Shown here piece by piece: positions 32,261 through 41,933 of a DNA stretch of 48,280 nt. The first letter of the stretch is position 1, and the number at the start of each line of letters is the position of its first letter. The position numbers were made by a program, and so were the translations under genes. A model generated the notes under the pieces. The model saw nothing but the letters and a program-made list of their open reading frames with translations. It was not told where the DNA came from and made no database searches. Source of the DNA: an uncultured Pseudomonadales bacterium (GTDB lineage Bacteria; Patescibacteriota; Microgenomatia; UBA1400; PJMF01); NCBI GenBank assembly GCA_964586055.1, contig CAZPFX010000006.1, forward strand, positions 1-48,280, written 5' to 3'.

Positions 32261-33772
32261 CTAGATCTCTGCTCGATACTGAAGAGCTTCGGTAATGTGT
32301 TTAGATTCAATGATTTTAGAACCTTCTAAGTCGGCAATTGTCTGAGCAACTTTAAGAGTTTTGAAGTAACCCCGGGCTGATAACCTCAATCTTTCAGCGG
32401 CCTTGGTCAAAATATCTCTCCCCTCGCTTGTCGCGAGGCACATTTTTCTGGCTGAAGTCCCGTCAAGATCTCCATTTGTTCTAAAATTAGTGCCGCCTAG
32501 TCGTTCTGACTGCAACTGCCTTGCTTCGAGAATTGAATTTCTGACTAGTTCTACTGAATTATCATTGTTTAGAATTCCGTTGGCCAGTGTTCTAGTTTTG
32601 ACTGCCTCGACCCTAACGTGAAGGTCGATTCTATCTAGGAGAGGGCCAGAAAGTTTTCTGGTGTATCTTTGTCTAACGGGAGGGGTGCATGTACAGGGTT
32701 TGTGAGTACCCCAAAATCCACACGGACAAGGATTTGAGGCAGCTATGAGGGCAAAATTAGCAGGGTAAGTAGCGGTACCAACTGCCCTGGTTATTGTGAC
32801 TTCTCCTGACTCTAGAGGTTGGCGCAAAGATTCTAGCGCAGAGCGGGAAAATTCCGGCAATTCGTCAAGAAAGAGAATGCCAGTGTGGGCCAAAGAGATT
32901 TCTCCAGGTAATAAATTTGAACCACCGCCAATTAGCCCTACTGTAGAAGTGGAGTGGTGCGGAGATCTAAATGGTCTTTCTGAAATAATTTTATTGTTTA
33001 TGAGTCCAGCCACAGAATGAATCTGGGTGGCAGCTATTGCCTCTGTTTCTGATAGCGGCGGCTGCAGTTCTGCAGCCGCCTTAGCAAGCATACTTTTTCC
33101 AGTACCTGGAGGTCCAACCAGGTGGATGTTGTGCCCACCTGCGATTGCAATAGTGAGAGCTCTTTTGGCCTGAGTTTGCCCTAAAATTGCCTGCCACTGT
33201 TCGGAACCATTAGTTGTAGCGCTTTCAAGATCGATTCTTTTACTTTTAAGTTTTGGCCAAATCTTGTCTCCCTTCGATAGCTCAATAAACTCAGCCAAAG
33301 AACTGATGGCAACAATTTCAATACCATTTATGAATGAGACTTCTTCTGAATTGGCCACAGGAAGAACAACTCTACTAAATCCGAATTTTTTAGCAGAAAG
33401 TACGAGTGTTAAAGCTCCTCTAATTGGTTTGAGTTGTCCATCTAGTGATAATTCTCCAAAGAAAAGTGTCTTGTCAGTTTCGATATGAATCTCTCCATAC
33501 ATTTTCAGTAGCCCGACAGCAATGGCTAGCTCAAGACCGCTGCCTTTTTTTTGCAGATCAGCTGGGGCAAGATTTACAACCGTTCTTTTTGACCTGATTC
33601 TAATGCCACAATTTGTTAAAGCTGCCGTGACCCTCTCCTTGGCTTCATCTACTGATTTGCTGGGTAACCCAATAAGCACAAAACTGGGAATACCTTGAGT
33701 GGTGTCAACTTCGACCTCAATAAGAACTGGTTGAAGACCAATTAGAGTGGCGCTGAAAACACGTGAGAGCAC
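32261..33772 (-). CDS. comM: YifB/ComM family Mg-chelatase-like AAA+ ATPase
   Basis: GTG start. Lon-like N-domain, Walker A GPPGTGKS, FLDELPEF, C-terminal Mg_chelatase_C region. Confidence 0.9.
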   Translation of the reverse strand: MLSRVFSATLIGLQPVLIEVEVDTTQGIPSFVLIGLPSKSVDEAKERVTAALTNCGIRIRSKRTVVNLAPADLQKKGSGLELAIAVGLLKMYGEIHIETDKTLFFGELSLDGQLKPIRGALTLVLSAKKFGFSRVVLPVANSEEVSFINGIEIVAISSLAEFIELSKGDKIWPKLKSKRIDLESATTNGSEQWQAILGQTQAKRALTIAIAGGHNIHLVGPPGTGKSMLAKAAAELQPPLSETEAIAATQIHSVAGLINNKIISERPFRSPHHSTSTVGLIGGGSNLLPGEISLAHTGILFLDELPEFSRSALESLRQPLESGEVTITRAVGTATYPANFALIAASNPCPCGFWGTHKPCTCTPPVRQRYTRKLSGPLLDRIDLHVRVEAVKTRTLANGILNNDNSVELVRNSILEARQLQSERLGGTNFRTNGDLDGTSARKMCLATSEGRDILTKAAERLRLSARGYFKTLKVAQTIADLEGSKIIESKHITEALQYRAEI

Positions 33773-33815
33773 AGTCTCTATTTTAGAAGCTCAAGCTTAC
33801 ATGAAGCGTAGGGCG

Positions 33816-34865
33816 TTACGTATTCAAGACTTGCTCGACCAAGCGATTGCAGTAACCGAACTCGTTGTCATACCAACTAATGACTTTTACTAGAGTCCCT
33901 CCGACGACATAAGTTAGGTCGAGATCAACAATCGAAGACTCTCTGCGACCAACGATGTCTGATGATACTAAGGGCTCATCAGTTGTAGCTAGAACTCCGC
34001 GCCACCTGTCGGTTTGACTTGCCTGTCTGAAAACTTCATTGACCTCGTCTTTGGTCGTGGCTTTCTCTACTAAGAAGGTGATGTCGGACAGAGAGCCTAC
34101 CGGAGTTGGAACTCGAACTGCTAGACCGTCAAAAAGGCCAGCAAGTTCTGGAATAATTTCCGTAGTAGCGACTGCAGCACCCGTTGTTGTCGGAATTATA
34201 TTCGAAGCGGCGGTTCTGGCTCTGCGAAGATCCTTATGAGAGTTGTCCTGAGTATTTTGATCGTCTGTGTAGGAGTGGATGGTAGTCAGGAGTGCTTGTT
34301 TGACAACAAATCTATCATGCATGATTTGTGCAATTGGAGCAACACAGTTAGTGGTACACGAAGCATTGGAGTGAATCTTCTGCTCAGTGTTGAATTGATT
34401 TACACCAATGACACTAGTGCCGATGTTACCGCCTTTTCCAGGGGCTGAAATGACAACGGATTTTGCGCCACCAGCTATGTGGGCCATGGCTTTTTCTTCT
34501 GATGTAAAAACGCCAGTCGACTCGATGACGGTGTGAACGTCGTTAGCTCCCCAGGGAATCTTTTCTGGATTTCTTTGAGCTGTAACAATTATTTTTCGAC
34601 CACCAATAGTCAAAGTTCCGAGTGTCGGATCTTCATCACTAGTCTCCTTATTTGATTGATGAACTTCGATATCAATTTGTTCAGTGAATTGACCGTAGTT
34701 AGAATCGTACTTGATTAGGTGTACCCAGTCGGCGAGAGGTATTGAGCCAGAAGTATTGATGACTTTTAAATCCATCTCTTGGCGATGATAGAGCCACCAA
34801 ACGCGAAACGCGGTTCTTCCAATGCGGCCGAAACCGTTAATACCGAATGTTTTTTGGGCAGACAT
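33816..34865 (-). CDS. gap: glyceraldehyde-3-phosphate dehydrogenase
   Basis: NGFGRIGR Rossmann motif and SNASCTTNC catalytic cysteine. AAGGAGAG Shine-Dalgarno. Confidence 0.95.
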   Translation of the reverse strand: MSAQKTFGINGFGRIGRTAFRVWWLYHRQEMDLKVINTSGSIPLADWVHLIKYDSNYGQFTEQIDIEVHQSNKETSDEDPTLGTLTIGGRKIIVTAQRNPEKIPWGANDVHTVIESTGVFTSEEKAMAHIAGGAKSVVISAPGKGGNIGTSVIGVNQFNTEQKIHSNASCTTNCVAPIAQIMHDRFVVKQALLTTIHSYTDDQNTQDNSHKDLRRARTAASNIIPTTTGAAVATTEIIPELAGLFDGLAVRVPTPVGSLSDITFLVEKATTKDEVNEVFRQASQTDRWRGVLATTDEPLVSSDIVGRRESSIVDLDLTYVVGGTLVKVISWYDNEFGYCNRLVEQVLNT

Positions 34866-34874
34866 AATCTCTCC

Positions 34875-35618
34875 TTATTCTGAAAATTCTGTTTTTACGT
34901 CATTGCTAACAAAGGTGCCGATGTCTTCGCCGTCGACTGCTTTGACAAGGTTGTGTTGTTTGAAAAGTTCAAAAACCATGATTGGCATATCATTTTCTTT
35001 TGCCATTGCTAATGCCGCTGTATCCATGACATCGATGCCATCCTTCATAATTACTTCATTGAAGTTCATTGTCTTATATCTTTTTGCCGAAGGATCCTTC
35101 ACTGGGTCGCTTTCGTAGATACCGTCGACTTTGGTAGCCTTCATGAGTACGTCACATTTAAGTTCGAGCGCATGAAGTGCTGCTCCGGTGTCTGTAGTGA
35201 CATAAGGTACGCCCGTGCCTGCAGCGAGAATTACAACTCTACCCTTTTCCATGTGGCGAATAGATTTTCTTCTAATAAAACTCTCAGCTACCGCGGGCAT
35301 CTGTAAGGCAGATTGGACTCTACAAGGAACCCCAGCTTTTTCCAGCGCATCTTGGAGAGCTAGGGCGTTCATAACTGTGGCAAGCATGCCCATGTAGTCA
35401 GCTGTCGCCCTCTCGATACCGTTCTTGGAGCCAGCGATTCCTCTGAAGATATTACCGCCACCAATGACGATAGCAATCTGGACATGTTTTATGTAGACCT
35501 CTTTTATCTGCTCTGCGACGTTCATCGCTGAGACGGGGTCTATGCCATAAGGTCGATCACCAATTAGGGATTCTCCACCCACCTTGAGTAAAATCCTCTT
35601 AAAACGCGTCGCAGACAT
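34875..35618 (-). CDS. pyrH: UMP kinase
   Basis: LLKVGGESL amino-acid-kinase N-motif, GGGNIFRG, AGTGVPYVTTD. Confidence 0.95.
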   Translation of the reverse strand: MSATRFKRILLKVGGESLIGDRPYGIDPVSAMNVAEQIKEVYIKHVQIAIVIGGGNIFRGIAGSKNGIERATADYMGMLATVMNALALQDALEKAGVPCRVQSALQMPAVAESFIRRKSIRHMEKGRVVILAAGTGVPYVTTDTGAALHALELKCDVLMKATKVDGIYESDPVKDPSAKRYKTMNFNEVIMKDGIDVMDTAALAMAKENDMPIMVFELFKQHNLVKAVDGEDIGTFVSNDVKTEFSE

Positions 35619-35631
35619 ATGGCCTTTCTTT

Positions 35632-36675
35632 TTATATTCCTATTTTTGCTTTAATTCTTAATAACTTCCATCTGATGTTATCACCCGTTCGAAAGATTTT
35701 ATACCAGAAGGGATCAATAATGAGATCGTAAGTTCCGACAAACTCGACCAAGGTGCCGCCATATCCTTTTTTAAAACGATGAAAACCAAACCAAGGATGT
35801 TTTTTATCAGGTTCAGGGCCAAGAGAGCCCCAAAGGTCAAAAGATTTACAGCCTGCAGATTTTCCAAAAAGAATCATCTCCCAAAGCATTAAATTGCTCG
35901 CCATGACATCTCTGTGGATACTTCTAGAAGCTCCGTATGGGTAGTAGAGTACATTATTCTGAACAAACATGATCCATGAGGCAAGAGTTTTGCCTTCGTA
36001 GACTGCTGCAAAAATCCGAATCATTCCTGAGTCTTTAAGAGCAGTCCACATTTTGGAGAAGTAAGTTGGGGAGTGAGCATAGAAGCCCTGGCGCTTAGTT
36101 GTCTCAGCTAAAATTTCAAGATACTCTTCCATGCCAGCTTCAGAAGTTCTTTCTTCGATCTTGACGCCTTTTTTTGAGGCAACATTAACGTTATATCTAG
36201 TTTTACTTGAAAGATTGGCAAAAAGTTCATCATCTGTTTTGGTGAGATCAATGTTGAAAGAGTATTTTGTAAAGAGGGATCTGCCAGGCACAGCTCCATT
36301 TTTTTTCAAGAACTCAGCAATTTTCCAGTGTGCGCTTTTATCAGTAACGGGTTGTGCCACATTAGGCTCGAGTTTTATAGCGACTGCACCGTGTTCTTTA
36401 GCAATTTGTTGTAAGCTGCTGAGTTGGAGATCATCTGGTAGGTAGCTTTTTGGTAGATAGCCAATAGTTCTATTAATAAAAGGAATTGTGTGAAAACTCA
36501 CCTGAAACGCGCGCTGAAGTTTGCCGTTTTCGAATAGACCAATTCGTTCAATTTCTACGCCAGTGTTTTTGCGGAAGTCACCCCACTCCCAAGTTTGTAG
36601 GGGGTGCTCAATAACTTTATTGTAAATCTCTCGTTCATCTTGTCTGAGTTTACGTAAAAGCATAGCGGAGTCCAT
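35632..36675 (-). CDS. FemAB-family peptidoglycan interpeptide-bridge aminoacyltransferase
   Basis: 347 aa. YYPYGASRS...NLMLWEMILFGKSAGCKSFDLWG matches the FemAB/lipid II glycyltransferase pattern. A possible alternative start is M5 (36663). Confidence 0.8.
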   Translation of the reverse strand: MDSAMLLRKLRQDEREIYNKVIEHPLQTWEWGDFRKNTGVEIERIGLFENGKLQRAFQVSFHTIPFINRTIGYLPKSYLPDDLQLSSLQQIAKEHGAVAIKLEPNVAQPVTDKSAHWKIAEFLKKNGAVPGRSLFTKYSFNIDLTKTDDELFANLSSKTRYNVNVASKKGVKIEERTSEAGMEEYLEILAETTKRQGFYAHSPTYFSKMWTALKDSGMIRIFAAVYEGKTLASWIMFVQNNVLYYPYGASRSIHRDVMASNLMLWEMILFGKSAGCKSFDLWGSLGPEPDKKHPWFGFHRFKKGYGGTLVEFVGTYDLIIDPFWYKIFRTGDNIRWKLLRIKAKIGI

Positions 36676-36695
36676 TATAAAGGCTTACTGATTCG

Positions 36696-38630
36696 TTAGC
36701 TATCTATGAATGTGTCGATAGAAAGCTTGCCACTTAGAACATCTTCAAGCATATCGTCGTCAACTATGAGCGTTCTTTTTGTGCTGTAAGGTTTTGAATT
36801 CATAAAGGGTTGGAGGGTGTACTCGCCTGGCTCCTCAATGCTTTCAACAAGTTCCTGAGGAATATCTCTCAAAAAACGGCTAGGAAGCTTATTACTTCTG
36901 CTTCCAAATAAATATCTCGACATAGCTAGAGTCAGGTATAGTTTCTCTTTAGCTCTCGTCATGCCAACGTAGCAGAGTCGTCTTTCTTCCTCTAATTGAT
37001 CTGGATCTAGCAAGGAGCGACTATGCGGTAGTAGCTCTTCCTCTAAACCGACTAGAAAGACAACTTTAAATTCTAAGCCCTTAGCTCCATGGAGACTTAG
37101 AAGGTTAACTCCTCGGTTAGTTTTTTTGCCAGTCGAGTCAGCAAATTGATTATCTTGGACTAGGGAAATGTTTTCTAAAAACTGCGTCAGTGAAGTAAAT
37201 TGAGAGGCAACATTTAGAAGTTCTTGGATATTTTCTAGTCGGCTTCTATCTTCTTCGATTTCAGGATTGTATTTTTTTAGATACTCAGACACTTCAAGAA
37301 TCTTTCTGATAACGTTGCCTGGATGATCCGTTGTCTGAAGTTTTTCAATCATATCTCGATTGGCTTCTACTTTCTCCAATCGTCTTTTTCCGAGCTTAGT
37401 TGACCTAGATCTTCCAACGGTATCATCGGGATTAGCAATAATTCGCGTGTATGAGAGCACATCTTTGATTTCTTTTCGATCATAAAACTTTGTGCCACCA
37501 ATGAGTTGGTATGGGAGTCCTGCGTTTAGAAGAGCTTCTTCAAATAGTCGCGACTGAGCATTAGTGCGATAAAGAATGGCGATGTCGTTTAGCTCGTTTG
37601 TCTTTTGAATTGAATCTATGCATCTTAAAACATAGGCGGCTTCTTGTTCGCCAGTTTGGGCTGTGTACTTTGTTATTTTTGTCTGGTCGGTGTTTTCAGT
37701 CCAAAGTGTCAAGATTGGATGCTGAGTATTCTTTGAGACAATATTTGTTGCTGCATCAAGAATCACTTGTGTTGAGCGATAGTTTTGTTCTAAGCGATAC
37801 TCTTTGCAATCAGGATAATCTGTTTTGAGAGCCAGCATGTTTCTATAATCAGCCCCTCTCCAAGAATAAATACTCTGCGAGAAATCTCCCACGACGAACA
37901 AATTGTTCTGAGGATGAGTGAGAAGTTTTGAGAGCTCGTATTGTGCCGCATTGGTATCCTGATACTCATCAATGAGCACGTGTTTAATTCGTTGTTGCCA
38001 ACTTGTTCTGACTGCCTCGTCAGTTCTTAGGAGCTCTACTGCTTTTAACAATAAATCGTCAAAATCAAGAGCGCGGGCTTTTTTTAGTTCTAATTCATAC
38101 TCTCTATAGATATTGGCAGCAAATTGTTGGAATTGGCTGACTGCTTTTCTTTCAAAATCAGAGGGAGACTCAAGCTCATTTTTAGCTTTTGAAATTGACG
38201 CTTTTACCGATTGTGGATTAGTGGCATTTGTATCGTAGCCATGCTTTTTGTATATATTCTTAATAAGTGTGAGTTGGTCGTTGGCATCATAAATGGTAAA
38301 GGAGGGATGAATGCCGATTGATTTGCCATGAAAGCGAAGCAACTTGGCGCAAATGCTGTGGAAAGTTCCACAAAGGGGCAAGTTTAAGCCAGTCAGACTC
38401 TCAATTCTTTCACGAATTTCGTGAGCCGCCTTATTTGTAAAGGTTACAATTAACAAATTTTCAGGATATATTTCATCACCTTTTTCAAGGAGCCAGGCTG
38501 CGCGGTAGGTTAAGGCTGTCGTTTTTCCGGAACCTGCACCGGCTAGTACAATCGCTGGTCCGTCGGTGTGTACGACAGCTTCTTTCTGTGCAGCGTTGAG
38601 TTTTTCTAGTGACAAGGACACGGCCATCAT
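36696..38630 (-). CDS. pcrA: UvrD/PcrA-type ATP-dependent DNA helicase
   Basis: AGAGSGKT, IDEYQDTN, VGDFSQSIYSWRGA, VGMTRAKE motifs. Start set at MMAVSLS. The ORF opens at 38705 and would overlap tpiA. Confidence 0.9.
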   Translation of the reverse strand: MMAVSLSLEKLNAAQKEAVVHTDGPAIVLAGAGSGKTTALTYRAAWLLEKGDEIYPENLLIVTFTNKAAHEIRERIESLTGLNLPLCGTFHSICAKLLRFHGKSIGIHPSFTIYDANDQLTLIKNIYKKHGYDTNATNPQSVKASISKAKNELESPSDFERKAVSQFQQFAANIYREYELELKKARALDFDDLLLKAVELLRTDEAVRTSWQQRIKHVLIDEYQDTNAAQYELSKLLTHPQNNLFVVGDFSQSIYSWRGADYRNMLALKTDYPDCKEYRLEQNYRSTQVILDAATNIVSKNTQHPILTLWTENTDQTKITKYTAQTGEQEAAYVLRCIDSIQKTNELNDIAILYRTNAQSRLFEEALLNAGLPYQLIGGTKFYDRKEIKDVLSYTRIIANPDDTVGRSRSTKLGKRRLEKVEANRDMIEKLQTTDHPGNVIRKILEVSEYLKKYNPEIEEDRSRLENIQELLNVASQFTSLTQFLENISLVQDNQFADSTGKKTNRGVNLLSLHGAKGLEFKVVFLVGLEEELLPHSRSLLDPDQLEEERRLCYVGMTRAKEKLYLTLAMSRYLFGSRSNKLPSRFLRDIPQELVESIEEPGEYTLQPFMNSKPYSTKRTLIVDDDMLEDVLSGKLSIDTFIDS

Positions 38631-38652
38631 CCTAACATGTAGAGATTGCCAG

Positions 38653-38661
38653 TGGTATAGT
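38653..38661 (+). promoter_or_regulatory. extended -10 box TGGTATAGT for tpiA
   Basis: TGnTATAgT followed by 6 nt and the tpiA ATG. Confidence 0.5.
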
Positions 38662-38667
38662 GTTTCT

Positions 38668-39351
38668 ATGAACAGATTTATCATTGCCAACCTAAAATCA
38701 AACAAAACTCGCGACTCGCTCAGAGCGTGGTTTGATGATCTGGGAGAGCTATCAATTAACTCCTTAGAAAAAGTAATCGTGGCAGTCCCCTATCCTCTTT
38801 TAGCCATGGCTCGCGATGAAATTATTCGTCGTGGCCTCCCAATTGAACTAGCCGCTCAAGATGTCAGCCCTTTTCCGATGGGAGCTTACACGGGCGAAGT
38901 TGCTGCAGACCAGTTAAAAGAATTTGGGGTGACATTCTGTATCATAGGTCACTCTGAGCGTCGTCGCTATCTTGGAGAAACGGATGAGTTGGTTTTTAAA
39001 AAAATTGAGATGCTTGGCCTTGCAAGGATTACTCCAATTCTTTGCGTTTCTGAGGAGTCTGTGGAGTCACAGCTGTCCTTATTGACTAATGCAAATGAGA
39101 AACTAATAGTCGCCTATGAGCCAATTGGCTCGATTGGAACAGGCAAAAATCAGTCAGTAGATATTGTTTCTGCTTTTGTCAAAAAAGTCAGGAGCGTGTT
39201 GCCAGACTTATCAGTCATCTATGGTGGCAGCGTTGATGAAATGAATATTAATGAGTATCTAATCGTGACGGATGGGGCTTTGATTGGCACCGCAAGTCTC
39301 GATGCTACTCAGTTTGCTAAGGTGCTGGCTGCTGCTCGAGTCGATGAGTGA
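38668..39351 (+). CDS. tpiA: triosephosphate isomerase (short form)
   Basis: ANLKSN (NxK catalytic Lys), IIGHSERR, YEPIGSIGTGK. Start set at MNRFIIAN. Confidence 0.9.
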   Translation: MNRFIIANLKSNKTRDSLRAWFDDLGELSINSLEKVIVAVPYPLLAMARDEIIRRGLPIELAAQDVSPFPMGAYTGEVAADQLKEFGVTFCIIGHSERRRYLGETDELVFKKIEMLGLARITPILCVSEESVESQLSLLTNANEKLIVAYEPIGSIGTGKNQSVDIVSAFVKKVRSVLPDLSVIYGGSVDEMNINEYLIVTDGALIGTASLDATQFAKVLAAARVDE

Positions 39352-41014
39352 GATCGAAAAGTGTGTAGTTTTCAGTTTTATAAATAACTTCATAATACTT
39401 CTCAAAATCGGCAATATTTGCGTCCCAGACTCGGATGGCGTTAGGCCCTATTACAGCATTGGTGACTCCATATTTTTCTTGTAAGTTGTTTGATCCAGGG
39501 TCGTGGAAGAAATTTCGCAACTCTTCTTCCTTTGAGTAGTAGTTGTAGCCGTGAGACCACAACCAGCCTCTAAATGTTAAAAATGATTGTCTGCCAGTGA
39601 GGTTGTATAGCCAGTGATTGTGAGGATCTCCAGTAATCCAAACTGATGATGTTGGGGTGTTAATTTTAACCCAATCCGCTAAACCCATTTCTTCAGCTGA
39701 GTATTCTTGATAGCTGTGAGTTGAAAATTGCAAAATTCTAAGGGCGTCAAGTCCTCCAGAAAGAGTCATGCAAATTAATAAAATGGCTGCTGACAATTTT
39801 GAAATGATCTTGATTCGACTTTGATTCCAGAGAGTCGCTATGCCATAGGCAGCGAGTAATGATATTCCAACGGATGACCAGACGATTAATTTTGTATTAT
39901 CCCAAATCCATGGTTGAAATAAGAACAAATTTGGAAGGATAAAGAGCAAAATAAAAGGTGCAAAGATCAGAACTTTACTCCTTTTTTTCTTTGCTAGAAA
40001 TCCCATTGCAAATGCCAACATTCCTACAATTAATGTAGGCCCCCAGTTTTGTGCCCAAAAGCTCAATGGAGAGATTCCCAGATCATTCGCGTACCAGCCA
40101 GGAAACCATTTAATATAACTGAATTTTGATTGGGCGCCCAGAAAAAATACTAGTAAAAGACTTGAAAAGACTGAAACAACTCCACCAATTGACCCCAGTC
40201 TTAATATTGATCGCCACGCGTCTTTGAGTTTCTTTTGTTTTAATATGTGTAGAAGACTCCAAAAAATTAGAATAAAACCTGAGGCAATGAAGCTGTGCGC
40301 ATGTATGAGGGGTAGAAAGCTCAGGCCAATTATCAAGGTTAACATGGTCGCCATTGTGGTCTTTTTCTTATCTGTTAAAAAAGATTTATAAAATATGCTG
40401 AGCAGAAACAACGCAATTGGAAATCCAAAGGTAAAAGATCTTTGAGGTATAACCATACTTTGGATTACGGAGATCCATTGAATCCCAAGCTCGGGCATTC
40501 TGGTGTATTCCCTAGGTAACTGAGTAAGGAATTTAAAAAATGATTCAGCTTTCCATGCATCCACAAAAAAATACAGAAATCCAAGGCCGCCGTTAAATAA
40601 AAAAACCATGCTGGCAAGTTTTGCAATGATATGGGATTTGCTGATCACATAGTAAAAGTAATAAAGACTCACAACACTGAGCAATGAAAAAATAAAACTC
40701 GGGGTGATGAAGGCTTGAAAAAATGGCATCCCAATTCGGATCAGCACTCCAGAAATCCAGTCAGCAATAAATGGGTATTGAAGGGGTTCACCTATAAGAA
40801 GAGGCCCGTTTGCAGGAGAAAGAGTTCGATAGGCGAAAGCTGAGCCCATGGTGTAATGAACAGCCCAGTCTCCCCAAACATTAACATTTTGGGCAAATAT
40901 AGACCCATCTGTTTTTTGCACGACAACGTAAGACCAAAAAATACTAAAAAATAATGTCCAGACAAGAAAAAAAACCCAAGTTGTTGCCGGCAGCGAGAGC
41001 AACTTGTTTCTCAT
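39317..41014 (-). CDS. large polytopic membrane protein with C-terminal extracytoplasmic domain (GT-C glycosyltransferase-like)
   Basis: About 13 TM helices plus a soluble tail of about 130 aa. ATG shares its A with the upstream TGA (TGATG). 3' end overlaps tpiA by 35 nt. Family not identified by eye. Confidence 0.5.
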   Translation of the reverse strand: MRNKLLSLPATTWVFFLVWTLFFSIFWSYVVVQKTDGSIFAQNVNVWGDWAVHYTMGSAFAYRTLSPANGPLLIGEPLQYPFIADWISGVLIRIGMPFFQAFITPSFIFSLLSVVSLYYFYYVISKSHIIAKLASMVFLFNGGLGFLYFFVDAWKAESFFKFLTQLPREYTRMPELGIQWISVIQSMVIPQRSFTFGFPIALFLLSIFYKSFLTDKKKTTMATMLTLIIGLSFLPLIHAHSFIASGFILIFWSLLHILKQKKLKDAWRSILRLGSIGGVVSVFSSLLLVFFLGAQSKFSYIKWFPGWYANDLGISPLSFWAQNWGPTLIVGMLAFAMGFLAKKKRSKVLIFAPFILLFILPNLFLFQPWIWDNTKLIVWSSVGISLLAAYGIATLWNQSRIKIISKLSAAILLICMTLSGGLDALRILQFSTHSYQEYSAEEMGLADWVKINTPTSSVWITGDPHNHWLYNLTGRQSFLTFRGWLWSHGYNYYSKEEELRNFFHDPGSNNLQEKYGVTNAVIGPNAIRVWDANIADFEKYYEVIYKTENYTLFDLTHRLEQQPAP

Positions 41015-41913
41015 CACTCCAACCTGGAGTAATCACTGCTAACCCACCCGAGAGAGCCGTTGAAGACGATGCTGTTCCAGCCGAGCTTCGATTCTCCACC
41101 AGCAGGTTGAGTAGTGTTTGCCTCAACAAAGCCAAGAGTGATGCTTTCGGTACTTGGTGCACTTCTGACTCTAAGAACTTCCTTGCCATCTTGAATAAAA
41201 TTAGTTGGCAAAATGCGAACTAGCTGCCCACTCTGAGTTGCCTCAGCGCTAGGACTAGATTGTTTAATGTCTAAGGGTTCAGTTGTGTCTATGGGAGATG
41301 TTTCTATTACTTCCTCATTTTCGCTAACCGCAGGCTCCATTTCAGATTCTGAGATAGCCTCTAGCTTGGCAAGCTTCACTCTTACAATCATTCTGTAGCC
41401 TTGAACAACGTTAATAGTATGTTGCTGCGATTCATATGATGGCAGTGTTATCTCGAACTCATGCTGGCCAGGTTCTACTCCAGGAACTATTACTGGCGCA
41501 AACTCCTTTTCGTGACCGTCTAAAGCCACAATAGCTCCATCAGGAATAGTTATGAAGGAAACTTCAGATTGCTGTTTATTTTTCAAAGGCTCCATTTCAT
41601 AAATGACTCCACCGCTAAGTTCTGGCCTAGTATCTGGTTTCCAAGTAATGACAGTGAGCAAGCCTTTTCTGAGAGTCACGGATGTCTCGTATGGAACCAG
41701 AGACGGATCGTCGGGTTCGATCCTGACCCCGTAGGTGCCGGGCTTAATGTTTTTCTGGATTAGAGGGGCTTTTTCTAAAAACTGACCATCTAAAAATACG
41801 GAACTAGGTTTATCAGTGGTGATTACTTGTAAACCAGCTGTAGTATTTTTATCTAAAAGACTGCATCCGCTCAAAAATATGCTTGCCAATATGGCAATGA
41901 GAAACCGTTTCAT
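41014..41913 (-). CDS. lipoprotein with two PEGA-like domains and a C-terminal SH3b-like domain
   Basis: Lipobox LSGC at residues 15-18. VFLDGQFLEKAPL...PGTYGVRIE and VALDGHEKEFAPV...PGQHEFEI are PEGA-type repeats. C-terminal LRVRSAPS...GWVSSDY is SH3_3-like. Confidence 0.7.
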   Translation of the reverse strand: MKRFLIAILASIFLSGCSLLDKNTTAGLQVITTDKPSSVFLDGQFLEKAPLIQKNIKPGTYGVRIEPDDPSLVPYETSVTLRKGLLTVITWKPDTRPELSGGVIYEMEPLKNKQQSEVSFITIPDGAIVALDGHEKEFAPVIVPGVEPGQHEFEITLPSYESQQHTINVVQGYRMIVRVKLAKLEAISESEMEPAVSENEEVIETSPIDTTEPLDIKQSSPSAEATQSGQLVRILPTNFIQDGKEVLRVRSAPSTESITLGFVEANTTQPAGGESKLGWNSIVFNGSLGWVSSDYSRLE

Positions 41914-41933
41914 ATCAGTAGTGTAGCATGCAA

